Source: an uncultured Bacilli bacterium
Lineage (GTDB): Bacteria > Bacillota_I > Bacilli_A > RF39 > UBA660
Length of the DNA stretch: 64,000 bases
Assembly: GCA_934096175.1 (NCBI GenBank)
Contig: CAKOLG010000002.1
Span: 276-64,275, forward strand
Reading direction: 5' to 3'
Of the stretch, positions 1-8,522 are shown piece after piece. The notes beneath the pieces were generated by a model. The model saw only the letters and a program-made list of their open reading frames with translations, was not told the origin of the DNA and did no database searches. A program made the translations under genes and the position numbers. Positions within the stretch are counted from its first letter, which is position 1, and every line of letters starts with the position of its first letter.

Positions 1-2
1 CA

Positions 3-806
3 GAAGAGATAATTGAACATTTAGCTTATTTACCAAAAGAAGAAATAAATATCCCACTATTTTTAGATTTAATTTCCAAATCATTAGGGTTTCAAGAAGA
101 ATATGAATTAGCACAAATTATTTTAACTGTAAAAGAAATACACGATATTTATAACGAAAATAGTAATAAAGTTCCCCTAGAAACTTATTTAAAAGAAGAT
201 TCTGAAGGACGTGTAAAAAAAATATTTTTAAATTCAAACAATAAATATATATTAAAAAGTTTTAAAGAACAATATGCTTTAAATTACGTAACTGAATTGA
301 AATTTGCCGCAGCCATGGCTTTGAATCAAAAAGAATATCAAGACTTTTCAAACTATGTTGATAACTATGATAAATTCCAGGAAACATATTCACCTTTATT
401 AATGTTAAAGTCATACTTAAAAGTTAGAACATATTTAAAAGGAACAACAAAACTATTCTGGGATATCTTATTTGGTAACGAATACGTTGTATCATTAAAT
501 AAACATAGCATAAGTACCGATCAAATTTACAATAATAATATTTATAATAGTAATGACACATTAACTCCTAGAAATACAGTTCAATTAGATTTATTTACTT
601 ATCAAGATTATAAAGAAATAATTCATACCAAAGACATTGACACATTCCAATTATGTACTATATATAATAGTAAAAAATATCCTGATTTTGAAAAAGAAAA
701 AGATTTTATTATGTATTACCGAAATTTAGCTGATACTAAGGATTTATTGGAATTACCTAAATTAAAACAATCTACAAATAATTACTTATATAATATTGAA
801 CAATAA
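3..806 (+). CDS. hypothetical protein, 5' end outside window
   Basis: This frame is open from nt 3 (EEIIEHLAYLPKEE...) through the TTG at 297 that the ORF track used as start, down to TAA at 804-806. No motif recognised. Confidence 0.6.
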   Translation, partial: EEIIEHLAYLPKEEINIPLFLDLISKSLGFQEEYELAQIILTVKEIHDIYNENSNKVPLETYLKEDSEGRVKKIFLNSNNKYILKSFKEQYALNYVTELKFAAAMALNQKEYQDFSNYVDNYDKFQETYSPLLMLKSYLKVRTYLKGTTKLFWDILFGNEYVVSLNKHSISTDQIYNNNIYNSNDTLTPRNTVQLDLFTYQDYKEIIHTKDIDTFQLCTIYNSKKYPDFEKEKDFIMYYRNLADTKDLLELPKLKQSTNNYLYNIEQ

Positions 807-829
807 GACTTACTATAGTCTTTTTTTTT
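805..829 (+). terminator. rho-independent terminator
   Basis: Stem AAGACT/AGTCTT with a 6-nt loop, followed by a T9 run. Confidence 0.6.
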
Positions 830-864
830 AGTTTATGCTAAAATAAAAGCAGGATAGTGATTAA

Positions 865-1278
865 ATGAACATAGAAAATATTAAAAAATTAATTAATATA
901 GCCAAAGATATGGCTGAAAAAAATGATTGTTGTTCACATACTAATTTTACTGTTGGCTCCGCACTAATGACCGAAACCGGGGAAATATACACTGGCTTTA
1001 ATATTGAAAACGATGGCATCCAATCAATTTGTGCTGAACGTTCCGCTTTCGTAAAAGCTTTAACAGAAGGAAAGAAAAATTTTAAGTGTATTGCTATAGT
1101 CGGAAAAAAAATTACGGATAAAAATTTTAAGAGAACTCTGCCATGCGGTTATTGTTTACAATTTTTATCCGAGTATACCAATCCTGATTTTGTTATTTAC
1201 ACTTATGATGATATTGAAGATAAAATATACAGATATGAATTAAAAGACTTACAACCATGTAGTTTTAATTTAGAATAA
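865..1278 (+). CDS. cdd: cytidine deaminase
   Basis: Zinc-ligand motifs CAERSAF and PCGYCLQF, about 137 aa. An AGGA-type RBS lies upstream. Confidence 0.9.
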   Translation: MNIENIKKLINIAKDMAEKNDCCSHTNFTVGSALMTETGEIYTGFNIENDGIQSICAERSAFVKALTEGKKNFKCIAIVGKKITDKNFKRTLPCGYCLQFLSEYTNPDFVIYTYDDIEDKIYRYELKDLQPCSFNLE

Positions 1279-1298
1279 TATAGAATGGAGAAAAAAAT

Positions 1299-2066
1299 AT
1301 GAATAAAGATAAAATGTACCATATTGGTCTAAGCGCAGCAGATATCGAAGGAGCAAAATATGCAATCCTTCCTGGGGATCCTGCTCGTGTAATTAAAATT
1401 GCTAGTTATTTAAAAAATGCTAAACCATTAACTGTAAAACGTGAATACACAAGCTATTTAGGTGAAGTTAATAATGAAAAAATTTTAGTAATATCTACAG
1501 GAATGGGTGGACCTTCAACAGCTATATGTGTTGAGGAATTAGCTATGATTGGAATTAAAAATTTAATTCGTGTGGGGACAAGTGGTGGAATGCAACTTAA
1601 TGTTTCTGCGGGCGACTTAGTAATTGCTTCCTCAGCAATTCGCCAAGATGGAACTAGTCGTGAATATGTCCCTATAGAATTTCCTGCAGTTGCTGATTTT
1701 GAATTACTTTGCGCTCTTAACAAAGCTGCCAAAGAATTAGGATACATAGCACATACTGGAGTCGTTCATTGTAAAGATTCATTTTATGGTCAACACAGCC
1801 CAGAAAGAATGCCTGTATCATACGAATTAGAACAGAAATGGCAAGCTTGGATTAAAGCAGGAGCTTTATGTAGTGAAATGGAATCAGCTGCTTTATACAC
1901 TGTTGCTAGCTCCCTAAATTTAAAAGCGGCCGCTATTTTACTCGTAATTTGGAATCAAGAGCGAGAAAAACAAGGTTTAGACCAAGAACAAAATTTTGAT
2001 AATGATAAACAAATAAAAGTTGTTGTCAAAGCCTTAGAAAACTTAATAGGTGGTAACAATGAATAA
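1299..2066 (+). CDS. udp: uridine phosphorylase (PNP/UDP family)
   Basis: Collinear with E. coli Udp as I recall it: HIGL, PGDPARV, STGMGGPS, VGTSGG, EFPAVADFE, EMESAAL. Confidence 0.88.
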   Translation: MNKDKMYHIGLSAADIEGAKYAILPGDPARVIKIASYLKNAKPLTVKREYTSYLGEVNNEKILVISTGMGGPSTAICVEELAMIGIKNLIRVGTSGGMQLNVSAGDLVIASSAIRQDGTSREYVPIEFPAVADFELLCALNKAAKELGYIAHTGVVHCKDSFYGQHSPERMPVSYELEQKWQAWIKAGALCSEMESAALYTVASSLNLKAAAILLVIWNQEREKQGLDQEQNFDNDKQIKVVVKALENLIGGNNE

Positions 2067-2577
2067 AATTGCTAACCATGTTAAAAACAATTTAGCAATT
2101 TATCTAGTACTACTTGCTGTTCTTGTTATATTTCTCATTATAAAATTTATACCTAAAGAAAAAAAAAGTAACTACGATACTAGTATGTTTAATGTTGTAG
2201 AATTAAAAGATGCCGACCAATTATTTCAAGATGGTGTAAACAAAGTTCTTTTCATAGGTCGTGAAGGTTGTTCGGCTTGCGAATATTTTTTACCAATTTT
2301 ACAAATTTCAATGGCTAAATATCATTTTTATGTAAGTTACCTTGACATTAATAACCTAGATTATAAAAGTGAAGACTACAAAAACTTTATTAAATACCTA
2401 GATTATACATATACTTTACAAGGCAAAACAGCTGAATTTAGTGATTTCATGGGTAATACACCAATGTTTATTATCATAAAAAACAATAAAATGGTATATG
2501 GTTATATAGGAACAATGACTGAAGCTTCAATAGAAGCAATGATTACACTGTATGGAATTTCCTACGATAATCAATAA
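2059..2577 (+). CDS. membrane-anchored thioredoxin-fold protein
   Basis: N-terminal TM helix, then GREGCSACEYFLP (CxxC). RBS AGGTGG precedes the ATG at 2059; the ORF-track GTG at 2050 is probably too early. Overlaps the udp stop by 8 nt. Confidence 0.7.
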   Translation: MNKIANHVKNNLAIYLVLLAVLVIFLIIKFIPKEKKSNYDTSMFNVVELKDADQLFQDGVNKVLFIGREGCSACEYFLPILQISMAKYHFYVSYLDINNLDYKSEDYKNFIKYLDYTYTLQGKTAEFSDFMGNTPMFIIIKNNKMVYGYIGTMTEASIEAMITLYGISYDNQ

Positions 2578-2620
2578 AATAAAAAATATGTGATATAATA
2601 TAATTAATTAGGAGGAAAAA

Positions 2621-3274
2621 ATGGAAAAAAATAAAATATTAGCAGATACCTTTAAGTGGCTATTTATTGGCTTATTAGTCTGCTTTGGCGTATCATATTT
2701 TTCAACAATGAATGAAAATATAATGTATAGTGTTTATGGCTCTTTTAATGGCTTTGGATATATTATATTTTTAATCGCAGAAATTGTTATTGCTATAATT
2801 CTTTCGGGATTTATCAAAAAAATAAAGCCTATTGTAGCTAAAACACTCTACATAGCTTATACTGCTCTAACAGGTCTAAGTATATCAGGTATATTTATCG
2901 TCTACACTGGAAGCTCTATTGCATACATATTTTTAGCTACATCAATAATATTTGGTATATTTGCATTTATTGGCAAAACAACTAATATTGATTTAAGCAA
3001 ATGGGGCCTTTACTTAATAGTGGCTTTAATTGCAGTTTTAATACTAGAAATAATAAATATATTTTTAGCAAATCATACTTTAAATATGTTGCTTTGCATA
3101 ATATCAATCTTAGTATTCTGTGGATATGTGGCTTATGACATAAGAATCGCATTAGAAAAATCACTTTTACTAGATAATGATAATAAAGGAATATACTGTG
3201 CTTTTCAATTATTTATTGACTTCATTAATATATTCTTAGATCTCTTAAGATTATTTGGCAAACATAATGATTAG
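2621..3274 (+). CDS. Bax inhibitor-1/YccA family membrane protein
   Basis: Seven predicted TM helices and a C-terminal ...FIDFINIFLDLLRLFG typical of the BI-1/YetJ family. Strong RBS TAGGAGG. Confidence 0.8.
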   Translation: MEKNKILADTFKWLFIGLLVCFGVSYFSTMNENIMYSVYGSFNGFGYIIFLIAEIVIAIILSGFIKKIKPIVAKTLYIAYTALTGLSISGIFIVYTGSSIAYIFLATSIIFGIFAFIGKTTNIDLSKWGLYLIVALIAVLILEIINIFLANHTLNMLLCIISILVFCGYVAYDIRIALEKSLLLDNDNKGIYCAFQLFIDFINIFLDLLRLFGKHND

Positions 3275-3304
3275 TACTTTTATAAAGTACTTTTTTATTT
3301 AAAC

Positions 3305-3333
3305 TTTACATATACTACCCATAGGTATATAAT
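3305..3333 (+). promoter_or_regulatory. promoter TTTACA-16-TATAAT with an imperfect palindrome in the spacer (candidate CsoR-type operator)
   Basis: -35 TTTACA at 3305-3310 and -10 TATAAT at 3327-3332. The spacer carries TATAC-TACC-CATA-GGTA-TAT (TACC/GGTA arms). Confidence 0.5.
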
Positions 3334-3351
3334 TACAAAAGGTGATTTACT

Positions 3352-3579
3352 ATGAAATCAGAAAAGAAAAACTTAATTACTAGATGTAGTAAAATAGAAG
3401 GAATGATGCGCGGTATTGCCAAAATGATTGAAAATAATCGTCCATGTGAAGATATCGTAATTCAATTATTAGCAATTAATAATTCTATAAAAAGTTTAAG
3501 TAACGAGCTTATCAAAGATGAGTATAAAGAAATAAAAGATATTAATAAGATTATAAGTATTGTTAACAAAGTAAAATAG
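3352..3579 (+). CDS. CsoR/RcnR/FrmR-family (DUF156) transcriptional repressor, atypical
   Basis: IEGMMRGIAKMIENNRPCEDIVIQLLAINNSIKSL aligns with the CsoR core RIEGQVRGIxxMxxxxRYCxDIL. The downstream His/Cys metal ligands are absent. Confidence 0.75.
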   Translation: MKSEKKNLITRCSKIEGMMRGIAKMIENNRPCEDIVIQLLAINNSIKSLSNELIKDEYKEIKDINKIISIVNKVK

Positions 3580-3589
3580 AGGTGAAATA

Positions 3590-4696
3590 ATGAAAAAAGT
3601 AGTAGTTGGTATGAGTGGAGGAGTTGATTCATCTGTATCCGCTTATCTATTAAAAGAACAAGGATATGAAGTCATTGGTCTTTTTATGCGTAATTGGGAT
3701 AGCGCTGTAAACAATGATTTAAACGGTAATCCTACAATTAATAATAATATTTGTCCTCAAGAACAAGACTACAATGATGCAAAATTAGTTTGTGAAAAAC
3801 TAGGCATTCCCCTATATAGAAAAGATTTTATCAAAGAATACTGGGATGATGTATTTACTTATTTTTTAGAAGAACTAAAAAAAGGTCGTACACCAAATCC
3901 GGACATTATGTGTAATAAATATATTAAATTTGATGCCTTCGCTAAATATGCTAAAGAACTAGGAGCTGATTTTATAGCTACAGGCCACTATGCTCGCATA
4001 GAAAATGGTATTTTTAAACGTGGAGTAGATTCTAATAAAGACCAAACTTATTTTTTATCTCAATTATCAAAAAAACAATTAGAAAATGTTTTATTTCCTG
4101 TTGGTAATTTAGAAAAAACAGAAGTAAGAAAAATCGCTCAAAGAGAAGGTTTAATTACTGCCAGTAAAAAAGACTCAACAGGTATTTGCTTTATCGGCGA
4201 AAGAAACTTTAAGGAATTTTTAACAAATTACTTACCAACCAAGCCTGGTGATATAATAAACATTGAAACAAAAGAAAAAATGGGCACTCATAGTGGTTTA
4301 ATGTATTATACAATTGGTCAAAGAAGAGGCTTAAATGTTGGTGGAACAGACAGTAGAATGTATGTTGCTGGAAAAGATTTAGAAAAAAATATTTTATATG
4401 TTGCTATTGGTGATGACAATAAATACTTACTAAGCGACGAAGCCTTAATTGAACAAATGAATTTTATTAGCGAAAAACGTCCAATTAAATGTACTGCTAA
4501 ATTTAGATATCGCCAAGAAGACAAAGAAGTAGAAATTGAATATTTACAAAATTCAGAAGAAATTATTGTTCATTACAATAACGTTTCTGCTGTAACTCCC
4601 GGTCAAGCTTGCGTGCTATACGACGGTGAAGAATGCTTAGGTGGAGGTATAATTAAAACAATTTACAAAAATGGTGAAAAATTATGGTACCTTTAG
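3590..4696 (+). CDS. mnmA: tRNA-specific 2-thiouridylase
   Basis: PP-loop VVVGMSGGVDSSVSA, conserved NPDIMCN and CFIGE. About 368 aa. Confidence 0.93.
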   Translation: MKKVVVGMSGGVDSSVSAYLLKEQGYEVIGLFMRNWDSAVNNDLNGNPTINNNICPQEQDYNDAKLVCEKLGIPLYRKDFIKEYWDDVFTYFLEELKKGRTPNPDIMCNKYIKFDAFAKYAKELGADFIATGHYARIENGIFKRGVDSNKDQTYFLSQLSKKQLENVLFPVGNLEKTEVRKIAQREGLITASKKDSTGICFIGERNFKEFLTNYLPTKPGDIINIETKEKMGTHSGLMYYTIGQRRGLNVGGTDSRMYVAGKDLEKNILYVAIGDDNKYLLSDEALIEQMNFISEKRPIKCTAKFRYRQEDKEVEIEYLQNSEEIIVHYNNVSAVTPGQACVLYDGEECLGGGIIKTIYKNGEKLWYL

Positions 4697-5313
4697 ATGA
4701 TAAAATAATTACTATACTTGTTAATAAAGATTACCCTTTAGATGAAAATTTTATTCCTGATAATCTCGTTATTATGGATCAAAATGAAAATAATTTTCAT
4801 AACTTTTTTGATCCTTCTTTAAAACCAACACTGTCAAAAAAAATATTACCATATTTCTACCAAATGCAAAAAGCGGCCGCCGAAGAAGGACTGTACTTAG
4901 CTGTTGGAAGTGGCTTCCGTTCATATAACTATCAACAAAAAATTTATGCTAAACTTTTAGAAAAAAAAGGTTTAGAGTACGTAAAAAAATATGTAGCACC
5001 ACCTGGCGCTAGCGAACACCAAACCGGCTTAGCATTTGACGTTAGCTGTTTTAGAAATGGAACATTTTTTGAAGACTTAACCGATGATGATGAAGAAATT
5101 AAATGGCTAAAAAAAAACAGTTATAAATATGGTTTTATTTTAAGATATCCTAAAGAAAAAGAAAAAATAACTGGTTATGACTATGAACCTTGGCATTTTC
5201 GCTATGTTGGCGAAAATCTAGCTTTTTATTTATACCAAAATAATTTAACTTTAGAAGAGTATTATTTAACTTTAAAAGACCAGCAAAATATTGTCAAATC
5301 ATTATCACTATGA
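4684..5313 (+). CDS. VanY/M15B-family D-alanyl-D-alanine carboxypeptidase-like protein, no signal peptide
   Basis: SEHQTGLAFD and EPWHFRYVG zinc-peptidase motifs. The ATG overlaps the mnmA 3' end by 13 nt. No N-terminal hydrophobic segment. Confidence 0.8.
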   Translation: MVPLDDKIITILVNKDYPLDENFIPDNLVIMDQNENNFHNFFDPSLKPTLSKKILPYFYQMQKAAAEEGLYLAVGSGFRSYNYQQKIYAKLLEKKGLEYVKKYVAPPGASEHQTGLAFDVSCFRNGTFFEDLTDDDEEIKWLKKNSYKYGFILRYPKEKEKITGYDYEPWHFRYVGENLAFYLYQNNLTLEEYYLTLKDQQNIVKSLSL

Positions 5314-5351
5314 TAAAATAACATTGTTAACTAAAAAAACGATGATTACTT

Positions 5352-5428
5352 GGTCTGTTGGTGAAGTGGTTTAACACATAACCCTCTCAAGGTTACATAC
5401 ATGGGTCCGAATCCCATACAGATCACCA
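5352..5428 (+). tRNA. tRNA-Glu (anticodon CUC), CCA encoded
   Basis: Hand-folded cloverleaf. Acceptor GGTCTGT/ACAGATC; anticodon stem TAACC/GGTTA with loop C-T-CTC-A-A; T arm ATGGG-TCCGAAT-CCCAT. The body resembles Bacillus tRNA-Glu (GGxCxGTTGGTxAAGxGGTT...). Confidence 0.8.
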
Positions 5429-5439
5429 TTTAAGTTATA

Positions 5440-5465
5440 AAACTAGAAAAAACTAGTTTTTTTTT
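5440..5465 (+). terminator. rho-independent terminator after the tRNA
   Basis: AAACTAG-loop-CTAGTTT followed by a T run. Confidence 0.7.
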
Positions 5466-5531
5466 ATTATTTATAGTATATTAAAACTATGGAAAATGTT
5501 TTTCATAAATACTAAACTAACGGGGGAAATT

Positions 5532-6473
5532 ATGAGTAATAAAGTAAAAGAAGTTTGGGATTTAATTCTAAAAGGAGTTTCCTTAAATGAAATTCAACAA
5601 CTCTACAACTTCGATTGCTATACTTTTAGTAGCATTCTTAAATCTATCAAAGATAGTGGCTTCAATTTAAGAAGTAGTTACTATGATACAGGCAAGATAA
5701 TAGTTAGTCCGCAAAAAAAACTTGAATTTTATCATCAGAATAAAATAAGAATCAATTTAGAAACAAGCACATTAAGAACGTTATTCATTTCTGATTTACA
5801 CATAGGTAGCATCTTTGAGCGAACTGCACTATTAGAAACAGTATATGATTACGCTAAAAGTCACGATATTCATATAATATTTAATACTGGAGACGTTATT
5901 GAAAACATTTACGAAGATCATTTAGGTGAACTAAAAAATAAAACCTTAGAATCTCAAGTACGTAAAGTTTTAAGAGTTTATCCGTACGACCCTAATATAG
6001 TTAATTTTATTGTTTATGGTAACCATGATTACAAAAGCGTTTTAGATAGTGGTTTTGATATTGCTCGTTATCTTCAACAAATGCGTTACGACCTTGTATC
6101 GTTAGGTTATGGTACAGCAGAAATATTATTAAATAATGACAGCATAGCCCTTGTTCATAACTTAAAAAAAATGAGTACTCAACCTGAAATTCAGCAAGCT
6201 GTCTTAACTTTTAAAGGTCATAGTCATAAATCTAAAAACAGCATTAAAGAAAACAAAATTATTTATGTTCCATCACTATCTGAGTATCGTAATACAACTT
6301 ATGAATATCGTCCTTTAGTTTGCTTTCTAGATGTAGAATTCGTTTTTGTTGATAAAAAAATTGAAAGAGTTAATATAAAACAATTAGCAATTATAAAAAA
6401 AGAAATTAGACTTGCTAACGAAGAAGCTTTAGTTTTAAGACCAAATAAAAAATTTCATAATTTTTCAAATTAA
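5532..6473 (+). CDS. metallophosphoesterase with a small N-terminal HTH-like domain
   Basis: Calcineurin-like motifs in order: SDLHIGS, NTGDV, YGNHDY, GHSH. RBS GGGGGA precedes the ATG at 5532; the ORF-track start at 5496 has no RBS. Confidence 0.75.
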   Translation: MSNKVKEVWDLILKGVSLNEIQQLYNFDCYTFSSILKSIKDSGFNLRSSYYDTGKIIVSPQKKLEFYHQNKIRINLETSTLRTLFISDLHIGSIFERTALLETVYDYAKSHDIHIIFNTGDVIENIYEDHLGELKNKTLESQVRKVLRVYPYDPNIVNFIVYGNHDYKSVLDSGFDIARYLQQMRYDLVSLGYGTAEILLNNDSIALVHNLKKMSTQPEIQQAVLTFKGHSHKSKNSIKENKIIYVPSLSEYRNTTYEYRPLVCFLDVEFVFVDKKIERVNIKQLAIIKKEIRLANEEALVLRPNKKFHNFSN

Positions 6474-6481
6474 GAATTGAT

Positions 6482-6510
6482 TTGACAAAAAAAATAACTT
6501 TTTATATAAT
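6482..6510 (+). promoter_or_regulatory. consensus sigma-A promoter of the gltX leader
   Basis: TTGACA (6482-6487), a 17-nt spacer, then TATAAT (6505-6510). Confidence 0.8.
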
Positions 6511-6516
6511 GAACTT

Positions 6517-6730
6517 ACAAACGAAGAAAAAAGAAGAGTAAATTAGATTATAATTTGTAGAGAATTCTTGCTTGGTGAAAAAGAATAATTATAACTTATT
6601 GAAGAAACTTTTGAGTTGAATGTTGTATCCAAGACATTCCGCGAGTTGCGTTAAAACATTAAGGTGTATTTTACACAAAATAAGGTGGTACCACGAACAT
6701 TTCGTCCTTTGTTGATGAAATGTTTTTTAT
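6517..6730 (+). promoter_or_regulatory. T-box riboswitch leader (Glu-specific, specifier GAA)
   Basis: Stem I elements AAGAAGAGTA, AGAGA (6559-6563) and distal loop TGGTGAAA. Specifier context TTGAA-GAA-A-CTTTTGAG (codon at 6604-6606) parallels the glyQS AAGAA-GGC-A-CUUCGAG. T-box sequence AAATAAGGTGGTACCACG at 6679-6696. Terminator AACATTTC...GAAATGTT plus T6 at 6696-6728. Confidence 0.9.
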
Positions 6731-6741
6731 ATGAGAAAGGA

Positions 6742-8406
6742 ATGATTAAAGTGACCACAAAAGAACTAGCAGATTTAATATTTCCCAATATTACAAAAAC
6801 AATTGCTGACTATGAAGCTATATATCCTGAACGAAATTTAAAAGAAGGAGCTAAAGTAACAAGATATGCGCCAAGTCCTACTGGCTTTATGCATATTGGT
6901 AATTTTATGTCTGCAACTATTGATTATTGTTTAGCCAAAAAAAGTGATGGCGTATTTTACCTTCGTAATGAAGATACCGATGGGGCAAGAGAAGTAGAAG
7001 GTGCTGTTGAATATATTAGACACGTTTTACAGCATTATGACATGAATCCTGATGAATATGAATACCGCGATACCAAAGAAACAAAAGGAAATTACGGTCC
7101 TTACATTCAATCTGAACGTAAAGAAATTTATCATGCTTTTATAAAGCACTTAATTATTGAAGGCAAAGCATACCCATGCTTTTTAACTCAAGAAGAAATG
7201 GATTCAATAAGAGAAGCCCAAACCAGAGATAAAAGAAGAATTGGTATTTACGGTCGATATGCTAAATATAGAAATCTTTCACCAGATGAAGCTGCACAAC
7301 GCATTAGAAGCGGCGAAAAATATACTATCCGTTTAAAATCGACTGGCGATTTTAATAAAAAATTTAAATTTAATGATTTAGCATTTGGAGAAATGGAATT
7401 TCCTGAAAATGATATTGATATTCCTATTATGAAATCTAGTAACTTATTACCTACTTATCACTTCGCTCATTTAGTTGATGATCATTTAATGCACACAACC
7501 CATGTTATTCGTGGCCAAGAATGGGTAAGCTCAATTCCAATCCATTATGAGTTATTTAAAACATTTGGCTTTAAAATGCCTAAATATATCCATACTCCTT
7601 TAATTCTCAAAAAAGATGGCGATAAGATAAGAAAAATATCTAAACGTTTAGATCCTGAAGCTAGAATGTCCTATTATGAAGAAAAAGGTTATCCTATAAA
7701 AGCTGTTATTGAAGCAATTTTAACAATTGCTAACTCTAATTATGAACAATGGCGTGAAGAAAACCCAGAAGCTGAGTTTACAAAATTTGAATTTTCTCCT
7801 AAAAAAATGTCAGCTTCAGGCGCCTTATTTGATTTAGATAAATTAGATAATATTTCTAAAAATTACTTATCCAAGCTTAAAGCAGGTGAAGTATTCACAA
7901 TGCTAAAAAATTGGACTAAACAATATGATGAAGATTTTAATCAACTTATTAATAAACATAAAGATTATACTATTGAAGTTTTAAATATTGAAAGAGAACA
8001 GAAAAAGCCTCGTAAAGATTATGCTTCACTTTCTGAAATTAAAAGTCAAATTTGGTATATGTATGATGAATTATTTAAAAATGTTAACTACGAATTTGAT
8101 ACTAAATATAATAAAGATGATATAAAACAAGTTTTAACTACTTATTTTGACAAATACTATAATCCTTCCGACGATAAAGATACTTGGTTTAATAAAATGA
8201 AAGAAATGACAGAAGAATTAGGTTATTGTTCTAACATGAAAGAATATAAGGAAAATCCCCAAAACTACAAAGGTAGTGTTGCCGATATTTCTAATATAAT
8301 TAGAGTAGGTATAACATCTAAATCACAAACCCCAGACCTTTACATCATTTTAAAACTTTTAGGAAAAGAAAGAATTACAACAAGACTTAATTTACTAAAT
8401 AAATAA
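6742..8406 (+). CDS. gltX: glutamate--tRNA ligase
   Basis: Class I motifs PSPTGFMHIGN (HIGH) and KISKR (KMSKS), plus NEDTD and GPYIQSER typical of bacterial GltX. The start is placed at the ATG at 6742 after RBS GAGAAAGGA. The ORF-track start at 6664 lies inside the T-box leader. Confidence 0.9.
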   Translation: MIKVTTKELADLIFPNITKTIADYEAIYPERNLKEGAKVTRYAPSPTGFMHIGNFMSATIDYCLAKKSDGVFYLRNEDTDGAREVEGAVEYIRHVLQHYDMNPDEYEYRDTKETKGNYGPYIQSERKEIYHAFIKHLIIEGKAYPCFLTQEEMDSIREAQTRDKRRIGIYGRYAKYRNLSPDEAAQRIRSGEKYTIRLKSTGDFNKKFKFNDLAFGEMEFPENDIDIPIMKSSNLLPTYHFAHLVDDHLMHTTHVIRGQEWVSSIPIHYELFKTFGFKMPKYIHTPLILKKDGDKIRKISKRLDPEARMSYYEEKGYPIKAVIEAILTIANSNYEQWREENPEAEFTKFEFSPKKMSASGALFDLDKLDNISKNYLSKLKAGEVFTMLKNWTKQYDEDFNQLINKHKDYTIEVLNIEREQKKPRKDYASLSEIKSQIWYMYDELFKNVNYEFDTKYNKDDIKQVLTTYFDKYYNPSDDKDTWFNKMKEMTEELGYCSNMKEYKENPQNYKGSVADISNIIRVGITSKSQTPDLYIILKLLGKERITTRLNLLNK

Positions 8407-8411
8407 ATTTA

Positions 8412-8439
8412 AACAATCTACAATTAGATTGTTTTTTTT
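8412..8439 (+). terminator. rho-independent terminator of gltX
   Basis: AACAATCTA-CAAT-TAGATTGTT followed by a T run. Confidence 0.8.
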
Positions 8440-8522
8440 GACGTTTATTGACTAATAAAATAAATTAATATAAAATAAAACTTATATACTAGATAAACTA
8501 AAACTTTGAATTGAGTGATAAC

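Noticed and set aside
1454-1747. Antisense or alternate-frame ORFs in the six-frame track that lie wholly inside well-supported genes. Examples: 1454-1747(-), 2982-3164(-), 4318-4524(-), 11288-11527(-), 14619-14846(-), 17166-17429(-), 24718-25053(-), 36436-36753(-), 38663-38938(-), 42276-42506(-), 43652-43888(+), 45892-46258(-).
   Set aside because: Each is embedded in a gene with clear family motifs on the other strand or frame. They lack RBSs and have low-complexity, stop-avoiding composition, as expected by chance in AT-rich DNA.
5352-6473. Genomic island integrated at tRNA-Glu (and similarly at tRNA-Arg, 30874-30950).
   Set aside because: No integrase or recombinase, no repeat of the tRNA 3' end, and no visible shift in composition. 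The flanking genes are ordinary chromosomal functions.
6664-6741. N-terminal extensions proposed by the ORF track (gltX 6664, csp 29754, rpsP 62591, GT4 16333, ssb 51581 and others).
   Set aside because: The extensions run through a T-box leader, terminators or promoters and lack an RBS. Internal ATGs with strong Shine-Dalgarno sequences match the conserved protein N-termini.
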